Positions 37,256 to 47,105 of a DNA stretch of 64,000 bases are shown here, one piece after another. Origin of the DNA: Patescibacteria group bacterium (GTDB lineage: Bacteria > Patescibacteriota > Microgenomatia > UBA1400 > PJMF01); contig BOKX01000001.1 in assembly GCA_016861205.1 (NCBI GenBank), forward strand, positions 200,539-264,538, given 5' to 3'. Under the pieces are notes generated by a model. That model saw only the letters and a list, made by a program, of their open reading frames with translations, had not been told where the DNA came from and made no database searches. A program made the translations under genes and the position numbers. Within the stretch, counting starts at the first letter, position 1. Each line of letters begins with the position of its first letter.

Positions 37256-38121
37256 AAATTTTCTTTCACAATACTCACAATTTGGGCCAAACTCAGGGGG
37301 GTTGGTACTTGATTGCGGTGTTTGCGAGAGCCATTAATCAGCATCTTCCCGCTTGGATGATAATACCAACTACCTTGGGTGTCAGCCTTTCTGACCGCTT
37401 CAGCGACCTTGTCGAGGTTAAAATCAGCGTCTGGTCTGACTTTGATTCGGGCGTTACCAAGTTTAGGATCTTTCCGAATTACCAGCACGACACCTTGTTT
37501 TTGAGCCAGCTTGATAATGTCGTCATTGCTGGTCTCAGCCGCTAAACCTTGTCCAGCTGGCAGCTCAAACCGCTCGGCACTTTCGAGTAGTATTTGCAAG
37601 GCTGTGAAGTGTTGCGTTAGATTGGCGTAGGCCGCATCGAGACACTTTAAACCAAATGCTAATTGTGAGTCGTCATCATGCGGGTCAGTGAACTCAATGC
37701 CCCTGATGAGTTCATGAATCATGAACCCATACCTGGGATTGTCAGCCTCCGGCCAAAACACTTCTCCGAGGTGATCTATCTCAGTTGTAAATCGGGCGAT
37801 CTCAGCCAAGGCTTGATCATCAACCAAATCAGGATGAACTTTGCAGACGTGCTGCCAGACCAACAGGGTAGCACTAAGCATCTGTTGTCCGCGGTCAGGT
37901 TGGTGGTGATCAAACTCACCCAAGCCCGTATCGACGTGGGTTACTTGGTGCAATTGGCAGTCATGAGCTTCAGCTTCTTCGAGTGATAAAGTTTCACCTG
38001 GGTTTACAAACAAGACTTTGGCATCGGCAAAGTGCTGAGAGTCAAAACGCTTCAAGACCCAGACTGCGCCGACGGCATCGAGGTCAGGAGCGTGGTGGGT
38101 AACTATCAAGTGTCGAGCCAT
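37252..38121 (-). CDS. DHH-family phosphoesterase (NrnA-like)
   Basis: N-terminal THHAPDLDAVGA and the GEFDHH motif. 289 aa. Stop overlaps the HIT start (ATGA). Confidence 0.6.
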   Translation of the reverse strand: MARHLIVTHHAPDLDAVGAVWVLKRFDSQHFADAKVLFVNPGETLSLEEAEAHDCQLHQVTHVDTGLGEFDHHQPDRGQQMLSATLLVWQHVCKVHPDLVDDQALAEIARFTTEIDHLGEVFWPEADNPRYGFMIHELIRGIEFTDPHDDDSQLAFGLKCLDAAYANLTQHFTALQILLESAERFELPAGQGLAAETSNDDIIKLAQKQGVVLVIRKDPKLGNARIKVRPDADFNLDKVAEAVRKADTQGSWYYHPSGKMLINGSRKHRNQVPTPLSLAQIVSIVKENL

Positions 38122-38414
38122 GGATAGCCCGAAGTATATCAGATTTGATGGGGTAAAGCTTGGTGCAAGCTATGCGGAGTTAAATAACAGTATGGTTGAG
38201 GAGCTGTTCCCTTGAGGCCCGATAGCTAAAAAAGGTACCCACCGCAACAGCCTTAGAACCGGAAGATTCTGGAATGTTGCAGTGGGCTCCTCACCGGATA
38301 TGACAGTACTATATGAAATGAAGCAGAAAAAACCCAGAGGCAAAAAGACTTGATGAAGAGCGATATAGCAAAATCACCAGATTAACGTAATTATTGTTAT
38401 AAGATGTCATAATT

Positions 38415-38765
38415 CTAGCGTTTTCTGCGCAAATAGCTCAAACTAGATCTGAAGAGCCACGTGCATAGCCACCAGCACATTTTGAATGGTAGCGTTATGA
38501 GTTGCCATACCAACGGCACTGGATCCTCTTCACCTCTAACCCAGACAGAGATAACCAACCATCGTTTTTGTGTAGCCAAGTACGTAGCCACTACCTGGAT
38601 CTGCCGGTCTCGAAGCTCACGGATGTACTTAACTGTATCTGTTTTATCAGTTGGCACAGTTGTATCTGGATGGGTTAAAACACTAAGAACTTGGTCTTTT
38701 GACACGGATCTGAGTGCCATCCGCTCCAGCGCGTGTTTGGTGAAGATCGGCGAACGATCGGACAT
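38415..38765 (-). CDS. DUF4258-like (RelE/ParE-superfamily toxin-like) protein with hydrophobic C-terminal tail
   Basis: FTKHALERMALRSVSKDQVLSVLTHPDT matches the DUF4258 pattern. The C-terminal 25 aa are hydrophobic and Trp-rich. Starts 2 nt after the proS stop. Confidence 0.45.
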   Translation of the reverse strand: MSDRSPIFTKHALERMALRSVSKDQVLSVLTHPDTTVPTDKTDTVKYIRELRDRQIQVVATYLATQKRWLVISVWVRGEEDPVPLVWQLITLPFKMCWWLCTWLFRSSLSYLRRKR

Positions 38766-38766
38766 A

Positions 38767-40467
38767 CTATGTTTGGATGCGAGCTATTGCCGCACTTACC
38801 TCGAGTAACTCTGTGGCGGTTTCAGCCCGATTTTTCCACTCAACTTTATCACCAGTTTTCATCGACACAACGAGCCGAACTGGAATGCCAATCAAATCAG
38901 CATCGGTAAACTTAACTCCTGGAGAAACATCTCGATCATCCCATAGCACCTCGATACCCGCCGCTTGTAGCTGGTCATACGTTTGTTGGGCGGCAGCCTC
39001 AGCACCCTTGAGTGACACTAAGTGCACGGCAAAAGGGGCAACCTGTGACGGCCAGATAATGCCGCGCTCATCGTGGTATTTTTCTACGAGCACACCCATT
39101 ACCCGAGTTGTTCCAATTCCGTAACAGCCCATGTAGACTGGTTGCTCTTGGCCCTGTTCGTCAGTAAAGGTGTAGCCGAAAGCTTTTGTGAACTTAGTGT
39201 TCAGCGGGAAAATATTACCGACTTCAGCAGCCCGAAAAACTTCGTACACCTCGCCCGTTTCAGGATAGGCATCGCCTTCTTTGGCAGTTTTGAAGTCATA
39301 AAACTGCTCCGGCATCGGTAGATCACGGCCAAAGTTGACGTTGATGCTGTGATAATTAGTCCGGTTGGCACCACACTCAAAGTTGATGCGATTTTGAGTT
39401 GATTCGTCAAAGAAAACTTTAACTTCGGAGGGCAGGTTGAGTACACCAGCATAGCCAACTTCTGCGCCCGTGACTCGTTTGACTGTTTCGGCACTAGCCA
39501 ACTGCAGACTGGTGGTGCCGACCACTTTTTTCAGTTTTTCTTCATTGATGTCATACCCACCCCGAACGGCTGCAGCGATGACATTCCCCTCAGCAGTTTC
39601 GAACAGAATCGTTTTGGTGGTTTTCTCGACAGGAATCTTTAAGTACTCAGCTAATGCCTCGACTCCGATGATGCCGGTACCCTCAACTTCTTCCATTTCA
39701 CGAGGTTCTTGGGTATCGGTTAAACGTGGTGCTTGGCTAGGAGCAACCTCTTTGTTGAAAACAATGTTGGCTGAGTGAGCCGCGAATAAAATATCTTCCC
39801 CAGTTTCACAACGCGTTTGGAACTCGTGCGAGTAGTCCTTCGTGAAGTCGCCACCAGAAGCTAAGGCCATGACAGTATCAGCGCCAAGGCCAAGTCGCTC
39901 AAAAACCCTGGTGTAGGCGACTTTGGCTTGCTCATAATAGGCTTTCAGATCGGTTTCGCTGGTGTGGAAGCTGTAGAGATCCTTCATTCGGAACTCACGG
40001 CCTCTAAGCAAGCCGGATTTGGCTCGAGCCTCATTACGGAACTTAGCTTGGATTTGATAAAACGCGAACGGAAAGTCCTTGTAACTGGTGTTAAAACGCT
40101 GAGCGATTGGAGTGATCAGTTCTTCTTGTGTAGAGTTGAGGACATACTCGTTATTACTTTTCAGCTGGGAGGCTTGGTTGGCACCGACAGTTTTCATAAG
40201 CACGTCGACTGTTTCGAGCCGGCCAGTTATCTCCCACAGTGATTTTGGGGCCAGTGATGACATGACCAGTTCAACGCCAATTTTATCCATTTCGTCGCGA
40301 ACAATAGCCTCGATCTTGTTGAGGACTCTCAAGCCAAGTGGCAAGAACGAATACGCGCCAGCCATGGTTTGGTCAATAAAACCGGCTTTCGTCAGCAGCG
40401 TGGCATTAATTGACTCGAAGTCTTTACCACTTTTGTTGGTCTTGGTATGTAGTTGTGAGTACTTCAT
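38767..40467 (-). CDS. proS: prolyl-tRNA synthetase
   Basis: 566 aa. Class II aaRS motifs and the bacterial ProRS N-terminus pattern (LLTKAGFIDQ..GAYSFLPLGLRVLNKIE.IVR.EM). Confidence 0.9.
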   Translation of the reverse strand: MKYSQLHTKTNKSGKDFESINATLLTKAGFIDQTMAGAYSFLPLGLRVLNKIEAIVRDEMDKIGVELVMSSLAPKSLWEITGRLETVDVLMKTVGANQASQLKSNNEYVLNSTQEELITPIAQRFNTSYKDFPFAFYQIQAKFRNEARAKSGLLRGREFRMKDLYSFHTSETDLKAYYEQAKVAYTRVFERLGLGADTVMALASGGDFTKDYSHEFQTRCETGEDILFAAHSANIVFNKEVAPSQAPRLTDTQEPREMEEVEGTGIIGVEALAEYLKIPVEKTTKTILFETAEGNVIAAAVRGGYDINEEKLKKVVGTTSLQLASAETVKRVTGAEVGYAGVLNLPSEVKVFFDESTQNRINFECGANRTNYHSINVNFGRDLPMPEQFYDFKTAKEGDAYPETGEVYEVFRAAEVGNIFPLNTKFTKAFGYTFTDEQGQEQPVYMGCYGIGTTRVMGVLVEKYHDERGIIWPSQVAPFAVHLVSLKGAEAAAQQTYDQLQAAGIEVLWDDRDVSPGVKFTDADLIGIPVRLVVSMKTGDKVEWKNRAETATELLEVSAAIARIQT

Positions 40468-40725
40468 AAACTCCTTTGTACTAAAAAACCGTCTTCACCA
40501 TCACTCAAAATAGTGAGCGCTGGCAAAGACGGTGAAGACCGTGGTACCACTTTGCTTTACTTGCCTCATTACTGAGGCAAATCTTGTGAACTGAGTTAAC
40601 CCAGCTCTGACTCCAAGTTTGTGGTGAGTCTCCCCTGGCTTTGTGTTGAACTTCCTTCAACCTGAGCAGCCACTGCTTCGGAGGTGGGGCCTCCTCAAAC
40701 GCAGACTAACTGAGTGATTATAACA
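40468..40725 (-). promoter_or_regulatory. T-box riboswitch leader of proS (extended -10 promoter, T-box sequence, terminator/antiterminator)
   Basis: Minus strand reads TGtTATAAT at 40725-40717. The conserved T-box AAAGUGGUACCACGG (consensus GGUGGUACCGCG) is at ~40556-40536. It overlaps the 5' arm of a terminator GUCUUCACC...GGUGAAGAC + U6 ending ~40484. Confidence 0.7.
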
Positions 40726-40752
40726 AACAGAGTGATTTGCCAACAGGGTGGT

Positions 40753-41658
40753 TTAGCCAGGTCGAAGCCAGCTGTTGAGTTCCTCGGCAAACAGAGGTGA
40801 AACATCAAGCACTTTCACTTTGCCCAGATCAGTCGGTTGAGGAATCGAGTTGGTTACCACAACGCTATCGACAGCAGGGTGGTTTAATTTCTCAAAAGCT
40901 GAGGTTACTAATGGTCCGTGGGTGGCGAAAAAGTGGACACTTTTGGCACCTTGTTGTTTGAGAACTTCGGCCGCATTGACGACCGTACTGCCGGTGTTGA
41001 TGATGTCGTCACAAATAATGACATCTTTGCCGGCCACGTTGCCTTGGACTCCCATGTTGGTGATCTCAAATGTTTGTAGGTCACGATACTTATCAATTTT
41101 GACCAGTTCGACGCCCAGTTTTTCAGCAAAAACTTTAGCCCGTTTCAGGCCCCCAAAGTCAGGACTGGCCACCACCACATTACTCAAGTCCAAGTTTTGA
41201 CGAGCATGTTCGGCAAATAGTTCACTGGCTGTCAGGTGGTGAACGGGAATCGAGAAGAAGCCAGGAGTGCTGGTGTTGTGTAAGTCGAGTAAGAAGGCTC
41301 GTTTAATATATGCGTGTGAGATAAGGTTGGCGACTACTTTGGCAGCAATTGGTTCACCTGGTCGGAACTCTTTGTCTTGCAGCGAGTAACCAAACCAAGG
41401 AATGACAGCATTGATGTGTCGTACACCCATTCGCTCCAAAGCATCGGCGATCAGTAAAAACTCCATGATGTGTTCATCAGGTGGATTCGAGAAACTTTGG
41501 ACGAGAATGACGTTTTCACCTTTCAAGGTGTCGTCAATCCAGATGCGCTTTTCCCCATTTGGAAAGTGGCTAATTTCGACTTTAGCTAGCGGCAACGACA
41601 GTTGTTGAGCCAAACTTTGAGCGAGAGCATTTTGAGAGGATCCGGACAGAACTTTCAT
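40753..41658 (-). CDS. prs: ribose-phosphate pyrophosphokinase (PRPP synthetase)
   Basis: PRPP-binding loop DVIICDDIINTGSTVV and the Prs N-terminal domain pattern. Confidence 0.9.
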   Translation of the reverse strand: MKVLSGSSQNALAQSLAQQLSLPLAKVEISHFPNGEKRIWIDDTLKGENVILVQSFSNPPDEHIMEFLLIADALERMGVRHINAVIPWFGYSLQDKEFRPGEPIAAKVVANLISHAYIKRAFLLDLHNTSTPGFFSIPVHHLTASELFAEHARQNLDLSNVVVASPDFGGLKRAKVFAEKLGVELVKIDKYRDLQTFEITNMGVQGNVAGKDVIICDDIINTGSTVVNAAEVLKQQGAKSVHFFATHGPLVTSAFEKLNHPAVDSVVVTNSIPQPTDLGKVKVLDVSPLFAEELNSWLRPG

Positions 41659-41695
41659 AGGTGTATCCTACAACACCTGGGCAAGTCCGTATAGA

Positions 41696-44629
41696 TCAGC
41701 CACCTGTGCGGGCTTGATGCTCTGGCGCATTAATCAGTCCGCACTTCTTGTACTTCAAGCCGCTCCCGCAAGGACAGGGATCATTGCGACCAATCTTGGC
41801 ATAGGCTGAGCCGGGTGTGGCTTTTTTGGTAGCTTTGGCACCAGCCAGGGCTGACGCTAAGTCTTGAGCAGAGCCTTTGGTTTTGGCGCTGCCAGTTGCA
41901 GTGGACGCTGGCTCAGGTAGGCTGGCGTCGGCGACTTCTTTATCCAGAGACTCAAACACCTCATCTTTGATTTCTTGTGCTTTGGTTAAGTCAATTTTGA
42001 CTGGTTGCGGGGTGTGCAGGTGAACCCGGAAAATGCGATTGGCGATTGTTGACTCGATCGAAGCAATCAACTGCTCGAACATGTTAAAAGCTTCTTTTTT
42101 GTACTCAGACAAAACAGTATTTTTGTCACCTCTGAGCCAAATGCCATCTCGCAAACTTTCCATTTCATCTAGGTGGTCCATCCACTTTTCATCGATAGCA
42201 CCCAGTGTCACCATTCTCTCCAAGGTTCGCAAGTTATCACTGCCGAGAACTGTCTCACGTTGATCGTAGGTTTTATGAGTAATCTCCATCAGTTTCTCAA
42301 CGATACTTTCCGTGTTTGTCATGGTGCTGATGCTGGCCACCAACTCTTTTTGGGAAGCGTCATCAAACGGCACAATTTTGACAAACTCTTTGACGATGGC
42401 TTCAAACTCCTCAGCGGTAAAGTGTTGGGGAGCGCGCAGGCTGACGGCTGAGTTGATTTCATCTTCGATATACTCGAAAATCAACTCTTTGAGTGAGGTG
42501 TCTTGCGATTGCTCGAGCAAGCGGCGGCGGCGCTTGTAGATGATTTCGCGCTGCTTGTTCATGACGTCGTCAAACTCGACCAGTCGTTTTCGTTGATCAA
42601 AGAAGAAACCTTCCACTTTGACTTGGGCTGACTCGATCGATTTGCCGACCATGCCATGTTCAATAGGAATGGTATCGTCAATCTTGAGGAAGTCCATCAG
42701 TTTTGAGATCTGTTCCCCGCCAAAGATGCGCATGATGTCGTCTTCAAGTGAGATGAAGAACTGTGACGAGCCAGGGTCACCTTGGCGACCCGAGCGACCA
42801 CGAAGCTGATTGTCGATGCGTCGTGACTCATGACGCTCGGTGCCGATAATGTGCAGACCACCGACATCGACTACCTCTTGATGAGCGGTTTGCCACTTGG
42901 TCAGTGCTGTGGAGTACTCTTTAAGTTTGTAGAGCCGAGGGTTAACAGACGGTGGTAATTCGAGTTCTTTGGCCAGGGCTTTGTCGGTCGCTGACAACTC
43001 GGCGGCGGCTTTGGCTCGTCGATAGTCTTTCAACTCTGGCTTTGCACCACCCAGCACGATGTCGACACCACGGCCAGCGATATTGGTGGCCACTGTGATG
43101 GCATCGCGCTTGCCAGCATCAGCAATGATGAAAGCTTCTTGTTCGTGATTTTTGGCGTTCAACACTTGATGGGTGATGTGTTTGCGATGCAGCAAGTCAG
43201 AGATGATCTGGTTGTGTTCGATGGAACGGGTACCGATCAAGATTGGCCGGCCAGTTTCGTGGACGGCTTCGATTTCCTTAACAATGGCGCTGTACTTGGC
43301 TGCGGTGGTTTTGTACACCACATCAGTGCGGTCTTCACGAACCACAGGCACATTGGTCGGGATGGGCAAAACGTTCATCGAGTAAATCTTCAAAAACTCT
43401 TCAGCCTCGGTCATGGCGGTTCCGGTCATGCCGGCCAGTTTGGTGTAGAGACGGAAGTAGTTCTGAAGCGAGATGGTCGCCAAAGTTCGGGACTCTTGTT
43501 GAATGGGCACGCCCTCTTTGGCCTCGATCGATTGATGTAGGCCATCGGAGTAGCGGCGGCCGAACATCAAGCGGCCAGTGTGCTCGTCGACGATCACCAC
43601 TTGGTTATCGCGCACGATGTATTCCTTGTCGCGTAGATAGAGGGTCTTGGCTTTCAGGGCTGACTCGACGTGATGAATAGTATCAAAACTCTCTTCATAC
43701 AGATTCGTAACACCCAGTTTTTGTTCGATACGTTTGACACCTAGATCGGTTAAGGTGACCGAGCGAGCTTTTTCATCGAGCTTGTAGTCAACATCTTTGA
43801 CCAGACTTTGCACCATTTTGGCGTAGTCGTAGTATTTCTTGGTTGGTTCTGTATCGGGTGCGGAAATGATCAATGGGGTCCGGGCTTCGTCAATTAAGAT
43901 CGAGTCAGCTTCGTCAACGATGGCAAAGTAATGGCCAGCCTCCGGTCTTTGTACCATCTGGTCGATGGTCTGGACCATGTTGTCACGCAAGTAGTCAAAA
44001 CCAAACTCATTGTTGGTGCCGTAAGTAATATCTGCTTGGTAGGCTTGCTGACGAGTGATGATCTCAAAGTGCTCGAGCCGTTCATCGCCGCGGTCTTCAC
44101 TATCGATATCGGGGTTGTAGAGTTTGGCCTGATCATGAATGATTACGGCGGATCGTAATCCTAAGAAGTGATATACCGGACCCATCCAGCCAACGCCAAT
44201 CTCGGCCAAGTAGTCGTTGGAGGTAACCAAGTGCACACCCTTGCCGAGCAAGGCGTTCAAGTACAGTGGGGCTGTGACGGTTAAGGTTTTACCTTCACCA
44301 GTTTTTTGTTCTGTGACGTTGCGATGGTGGAGCGCAATGCCGGCCAGCAACTGGACGTCAAAATGACGCATGCCGAGGACACGGCGCGAAACTTCGCGGA
44401 CAGTTGCAAACGCTTCAGGTAGCAGTTCGTTGAGAATGTCTTGATCAGTTCGGCCAGCAGCTTGGGCTTCAGCAATCTGTTTCTTAAACTTCGCGGTCTG
44501 AGCCGCCAGTTTGCTGTCACTGAGTTTTTGGAGATCAGTTTCAAAGGCATTAATCTGAGTAACGACCTTTTGATACGTGTTCAGGCTTTTTTGGGTTTCG
44601 TCGAAAATGCGACTCAAGAGCTTCAACAT
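41696..44629 (-). CDS. secA: preprotein translocase ATPase SecA
   Basis: MLKLLSRIFD N-terminus. DEAD-like motor motifs (FAIVDEADSILIDEARTPLIIS). C-terminal zinc finger CPCGSGLKYKKCG. Start at ATG 44629; the track start is TTG. Confidence 0.93.
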   Translation of the reverse strand: MLKLLSRIFDETQKSLNTYQKVVTQINAFETDLQKLSDSKLAAQTAKFKKQIAEAQAAGRTDQDILNELLPEAFATVREVSRRVLGMRHFDVQLLAGIALHHRNVTEQKTGEGKTLTVTAPLYLNALLGKGVHLVTSNDYLAEIGVGWMGPVYHFLGLRSAVIIHDQAKLYNPDIDSEDRGDERLEHFEIITRQQAYQADITYGTNNEFGFDYLRDNMVQTIDQMVQRPEAGHYFAIVDEADSILIDEARTPLIISAPDTEPTKKYYDYAKMVQSLVKDVDYKLDEKARSVTLTDLGVKRIEQKLGVTNLYEESFDTIHHVESALKAKTLYLRDKEYIVRDNQVVIVDEHTGRLMFGRRYSDGLHQSIEAKEGVPIQQESRTLATISLQNYFRLYTKLAGMTGTAMTEAEEFLKIYSMNVLPIPTNVPVVREDRTDVVYKTTAAKYSAIVKEIEAVHETGRPILIGTRSIEHNQIISDLLHRKHITHQVLNAKNHEQEAFIIADAGKRDAITVATNIAGRGVDIVLGGAKPELKDYRRAKAAAELSATDKALAKELELPPSVNPRLYKLKEYSTALTKWQTAHQEVVDVGGLHIIGTERHESRRIDNQLRGRSGRQGDPGSSQFFISLEDDIMRIFGGEQISKLMDFLKIDDTIPIEHGMVGKSIESAQVKVEGFFFDQRKRLVEFDDVMNKQREIIYKRRRRLLEQSQDTSLKELIFEYIEDEINSAVSLRAPQHFTAEEFEAIVKEFVKIVPFDDASQKELVASISTMTNTESIVEKLMEITHKTYDQRETVLGSDNLRTLERMVTLGAIDEKWMDHLDEMESLRDGIWLRGDKNTVLSEYKKEAFNMFEQLIASIESTIANRIFRVHLHTPQPVKIDLTKAQEIKDEVFESLDKEVADASLPEPASTATGSAKTKGSAQDLASALAGAKATKKATPGSAYAKIGRNDPCPCGSGLKYKKCGLINAPEHQARTGG

Positions 44630-44712
44630 AAGGGCTTGATTATGGCAAACATTGGCCAAAATATCGAGTAGGAGTGTTGGTTAAACCGTGCCCTAGTATA
44701 TAATACTCGCCC

Positions 44713-45579
44713 ATGTCGGAAATAGCACGAAGCACCTGGCAAAATATTGACTACACGTCGTTTCATGAGGCGTATGTCCAGTTCCTGGAAGTGTATCAGC
44801 AACAGCAACCGACGGAACTTTATGCCACATTGGTTGATAAAGTTAAGCTTTTTGGCGTTGCGTTTTTGCTTGAGTCAATCGCTGCCTTTGAACCAGAGCT
44901 GATAAGACTTGAACGACTTCTGGAAGATACCTACGACAACTACACTCAGACTAAAAGCAAACTCACCTCGTACCACCGCTATGGTCGAGGCAAACGGGCA
45001 GCAAACTATGGGGGTGATGACGTGATGGGTGTTATGGCTGGGCTCACCACCCTTTTTCCCCATCAAGAGTGGCGAAGCATCGCTACTACCATTGGCCACG
45101 GTTATCCCCGTCTTTGGCGGTGGTTTGCGCCTGACAGCCTGGTGGTGGCTTTCGACATCAATCCTATGCAACATTTGAACTGGAGTTTGCAGCTAGGCAC
45201 ATCAGAAGGGGCTAACCGAGGGGCAGTCGTTGATGCTGGGGTCACTAATTGGTTTACAGCTTTTCTCGAGACCAACCAACCTGAAATTGTTTATATGTCG
45301 AACATTATTCACTTTTTATGCATGGATGGCCAACAGGTCAACAGTATTGCCGAGAGCTTGATGGCGGCCCAACCTGACATCGTCGTTTGTACCTATCCTG
45401 GCGAAACTACTCATGAGGAACAATTTCTGCAGCAAATACAGGCCCTTTACCAAGTCCGAACTATCTCTACACGGGTCAGGAGCGGTGCTCGCGATAACTG
45501 GGTGTTGGTTAAACCAGAGTTCTTAGAACGAGCGCAGCAAAAACATGCGCCACAAGTAAAACAGCGGCAGGGCAGCTAA
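44713..45579 (+). CDS. hypothetical protein
   Basis: 288 aa with no recognisable motifs. TATAAT at 44699-44704 is 8 nt before the ATG, so the transcript may be leaderless. Confidence 0.45.
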   Translation: MSEIARSTWQNIDYTSFHEAYVQFLEVYQQQQPTELYATLVDKVKLFGVAFLLESIAAFEPELIRLERLLEDTYDNYTQTKSKLTSYHRYGRGKRAANYGGDDVMGVMAGLTTLFPHQEWRSIATTIGHGYPRLWRWFAPDSLVVAFDINPMQHLNWSLQLGTSEGANRGAVVDAGVTNWFTAFLETNQPEIVYMSNIIHFLCMDGQQVNSIAESLMAAQPDIVVCTYPGETTHEEQFLQQIQALYQVRTISTRVRSGARDNWVLVKPEFLERAQQKHAPQVKQRQGS

Positions 45580-45837
45580 CGCCGCATTTAAACTCGTCAA
45601 CTCGACCCACCGTTTTTGACCGGCAGCCTTGAGTGACGATGCAAAAAAGCTAGCTAGTGCCAACAAGGCCCATAAAGTCAGGATGTACTGTTGCAGTCGC
45701 CAGGCAGTGTCCCCGCCCACTCCAACTAACCAGTCGGGATTGAAGGTCAAAATGACCAGCGTCACGTAAAATGGCGCCGTGCTAATCAGTGACCAGACCT
45801 GCCACTTTAGTCGAGACGATGAGCGCGAGTACCTCAC
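45523..45837 (-). CDS. hypothetical small membrane protein
   Basis: 104 aa with three hydrophobic segments. Overlaps the serS stop by 4 nt. Could be spurious. Confidence 0.3.
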   Translation of the reverse strand: MRYSRSSSRLKWQVWSLISTAPFYVTLVILTFNPDWLVGVGGDTAWRLQQYILTLWALLALASFFASSLKAAGQKRWVELTSLNAALAALPLFYLWRMFLLRSF

Positions 45838-47105
45838 CCTTTAGTTATAGCACGTTTTCCCATAAATGGTTGCAATACCTCGGGAATGAGAATCGAGCCA
45901 TCGGCTTGTTGATAGTTTTCAATGATCGCAGCTAGCAGCCGTGGCGAGGCAGCCATGGTGTTATTGAGCGTGTAGACGTACTTCAAACCACCATCTTTAC
46001 TCTGGTAACGAATGTTAAGCCGTCGAGCTTGGAAGTCATTGAAGTAACTTGCTGAGTGGGTTTCCCGATACTTGCGCTGGGATGGGAACCAGGTCTCAAT
46101 ATCGTATTTTTTGCGCTGCCCCGCACCCATGTCACCGGTACACATGGTTAGGACTTGATATGACAAGCCCAGGTTGGTCAGCAGTTTCTCAGCGTAACCG
46201 ACCATTTTTTCATGCCACCGACGGGTTTCTTCTTCGTCGGCGATGGTGTACACCACTTGTTCAACTTTCGTGAACTGGTGAACGCGGATGATACCTTGGG
46301 TGTCTTTGCCGTATGAGCCAACTTCACGACGGAAACACGGTGAGATGCCCACCATCTTTATAGGTAGGTCTTTCTCAGTCAAGGTTTCGCCCTGGTGAAA
46401 AGCAGTCAGTGCCACTTCGGCTGTTCCGGCTAAAATTTGGTCGTCCTGGGTTTTGTAGTGATCTTCTTGGCCCCAAGGGAAGTACCCTGTGCCCCACATC
46501 GCTTCTGGCTTGACCAAAATGGGAGCGGTCATGGCGGTAAAGCCCTCATCGACGAGGAGCCGCATGGCGTAGTTTAACAAGGCTTGTTCCAATAGCACGG
46601 CGTCATTTTTGAGGAAGTAGGATCGAAAACCACCGATCTCAGTTGCACGCTTGGTGTCGAGCAGGTTTAAATCTTCCATCAACTCTTGATGCGACTTTGG
46701 CTCAAACCCAAACTGTGGCAGCTCTCCGACGGTGCGGGCGACCACGTTACCTGATTCATCGGGGCCAACAGGCACGTCGGCGGCTGGTGGGTTTGCGACT
46801 TGGGCCATCAGGTCTCGCCACTCGGCTTCAACGCGCTTGAGTTCTGGTTCGACGTTTTGCAGATCGGCTTTGAGTTGTCGGCCGCGTTCGATCTGTTCTG
46901 GGGTGGGGCGTTGGTCAGCTGAGGTTTTGATGGCAGTCACGTTTTCGTTAATGTTGCGGCGAATGATCTCAACTTGAGTGATGAGCGCTCGACGTTCTTC
47001 GTCTTTAGCCAGCACCACATCAACGATCTCAGGGTTGAGTTGTTTGTTGCTAATTGCCACTTTGAGCTCATCAGCGTGCTCGCGAATGTAGTTGATATCT
47101 AACAT
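45834..47105 (-). CDS. serS: seryl-tRNA synthetase
   Basis: N-terminal coiled coil and class II motifs. ATG at 47105 has GGAGG 5 nt upstream. The track start is 23 codons further up. Confidence 0.9.
   Translation of the reverse strand: MLDINYIREHADELKVAISNKQLNPEIVDVVLAKDEERRALITQVEIIRRNINENVTAIKTSADQRPTPEQIERGRQLKADLQNVEPELKRVEAEWRDLMAQVANPPAADVPVGPDESGNVVARTVGELPQFGFEPKSHQELMEDLNLLDTKRATEIGGFRSYFLKNDAVLLEQALLNYAMRLLVDEGFTAMTAPILVKPEAMWGTGYFPWGQEDHYKTQDDQILAGTAEVALTAFHQGETLTEKDLPIKMVGISPCFRREVGSYGKDTQGIIRVHQFTKVEQVVYTIADEEETRRWHEKMVGYAEKLLTNLGLSYQVLTMCTGDMGAGQRKKYDIETWFPSQRKYRETHSASYFNDFQARRLNIRYQSKDGGLKYVYTLNNTMAASPRLLAAIIENYQQADGSILIPEVLQPFMGKRAITKG

Noticed and set aside
38249-38275. SRP (4.5S) RNA assignment for the structured element at 38.2 kb
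   Set aside because: CCGGAAG is present, but the apical loop is not the GGAA/GNRA tetraloop and the AGCAGC-type symmetric loop of SRP domain IV is absent. Kept only as an unclassified structure.
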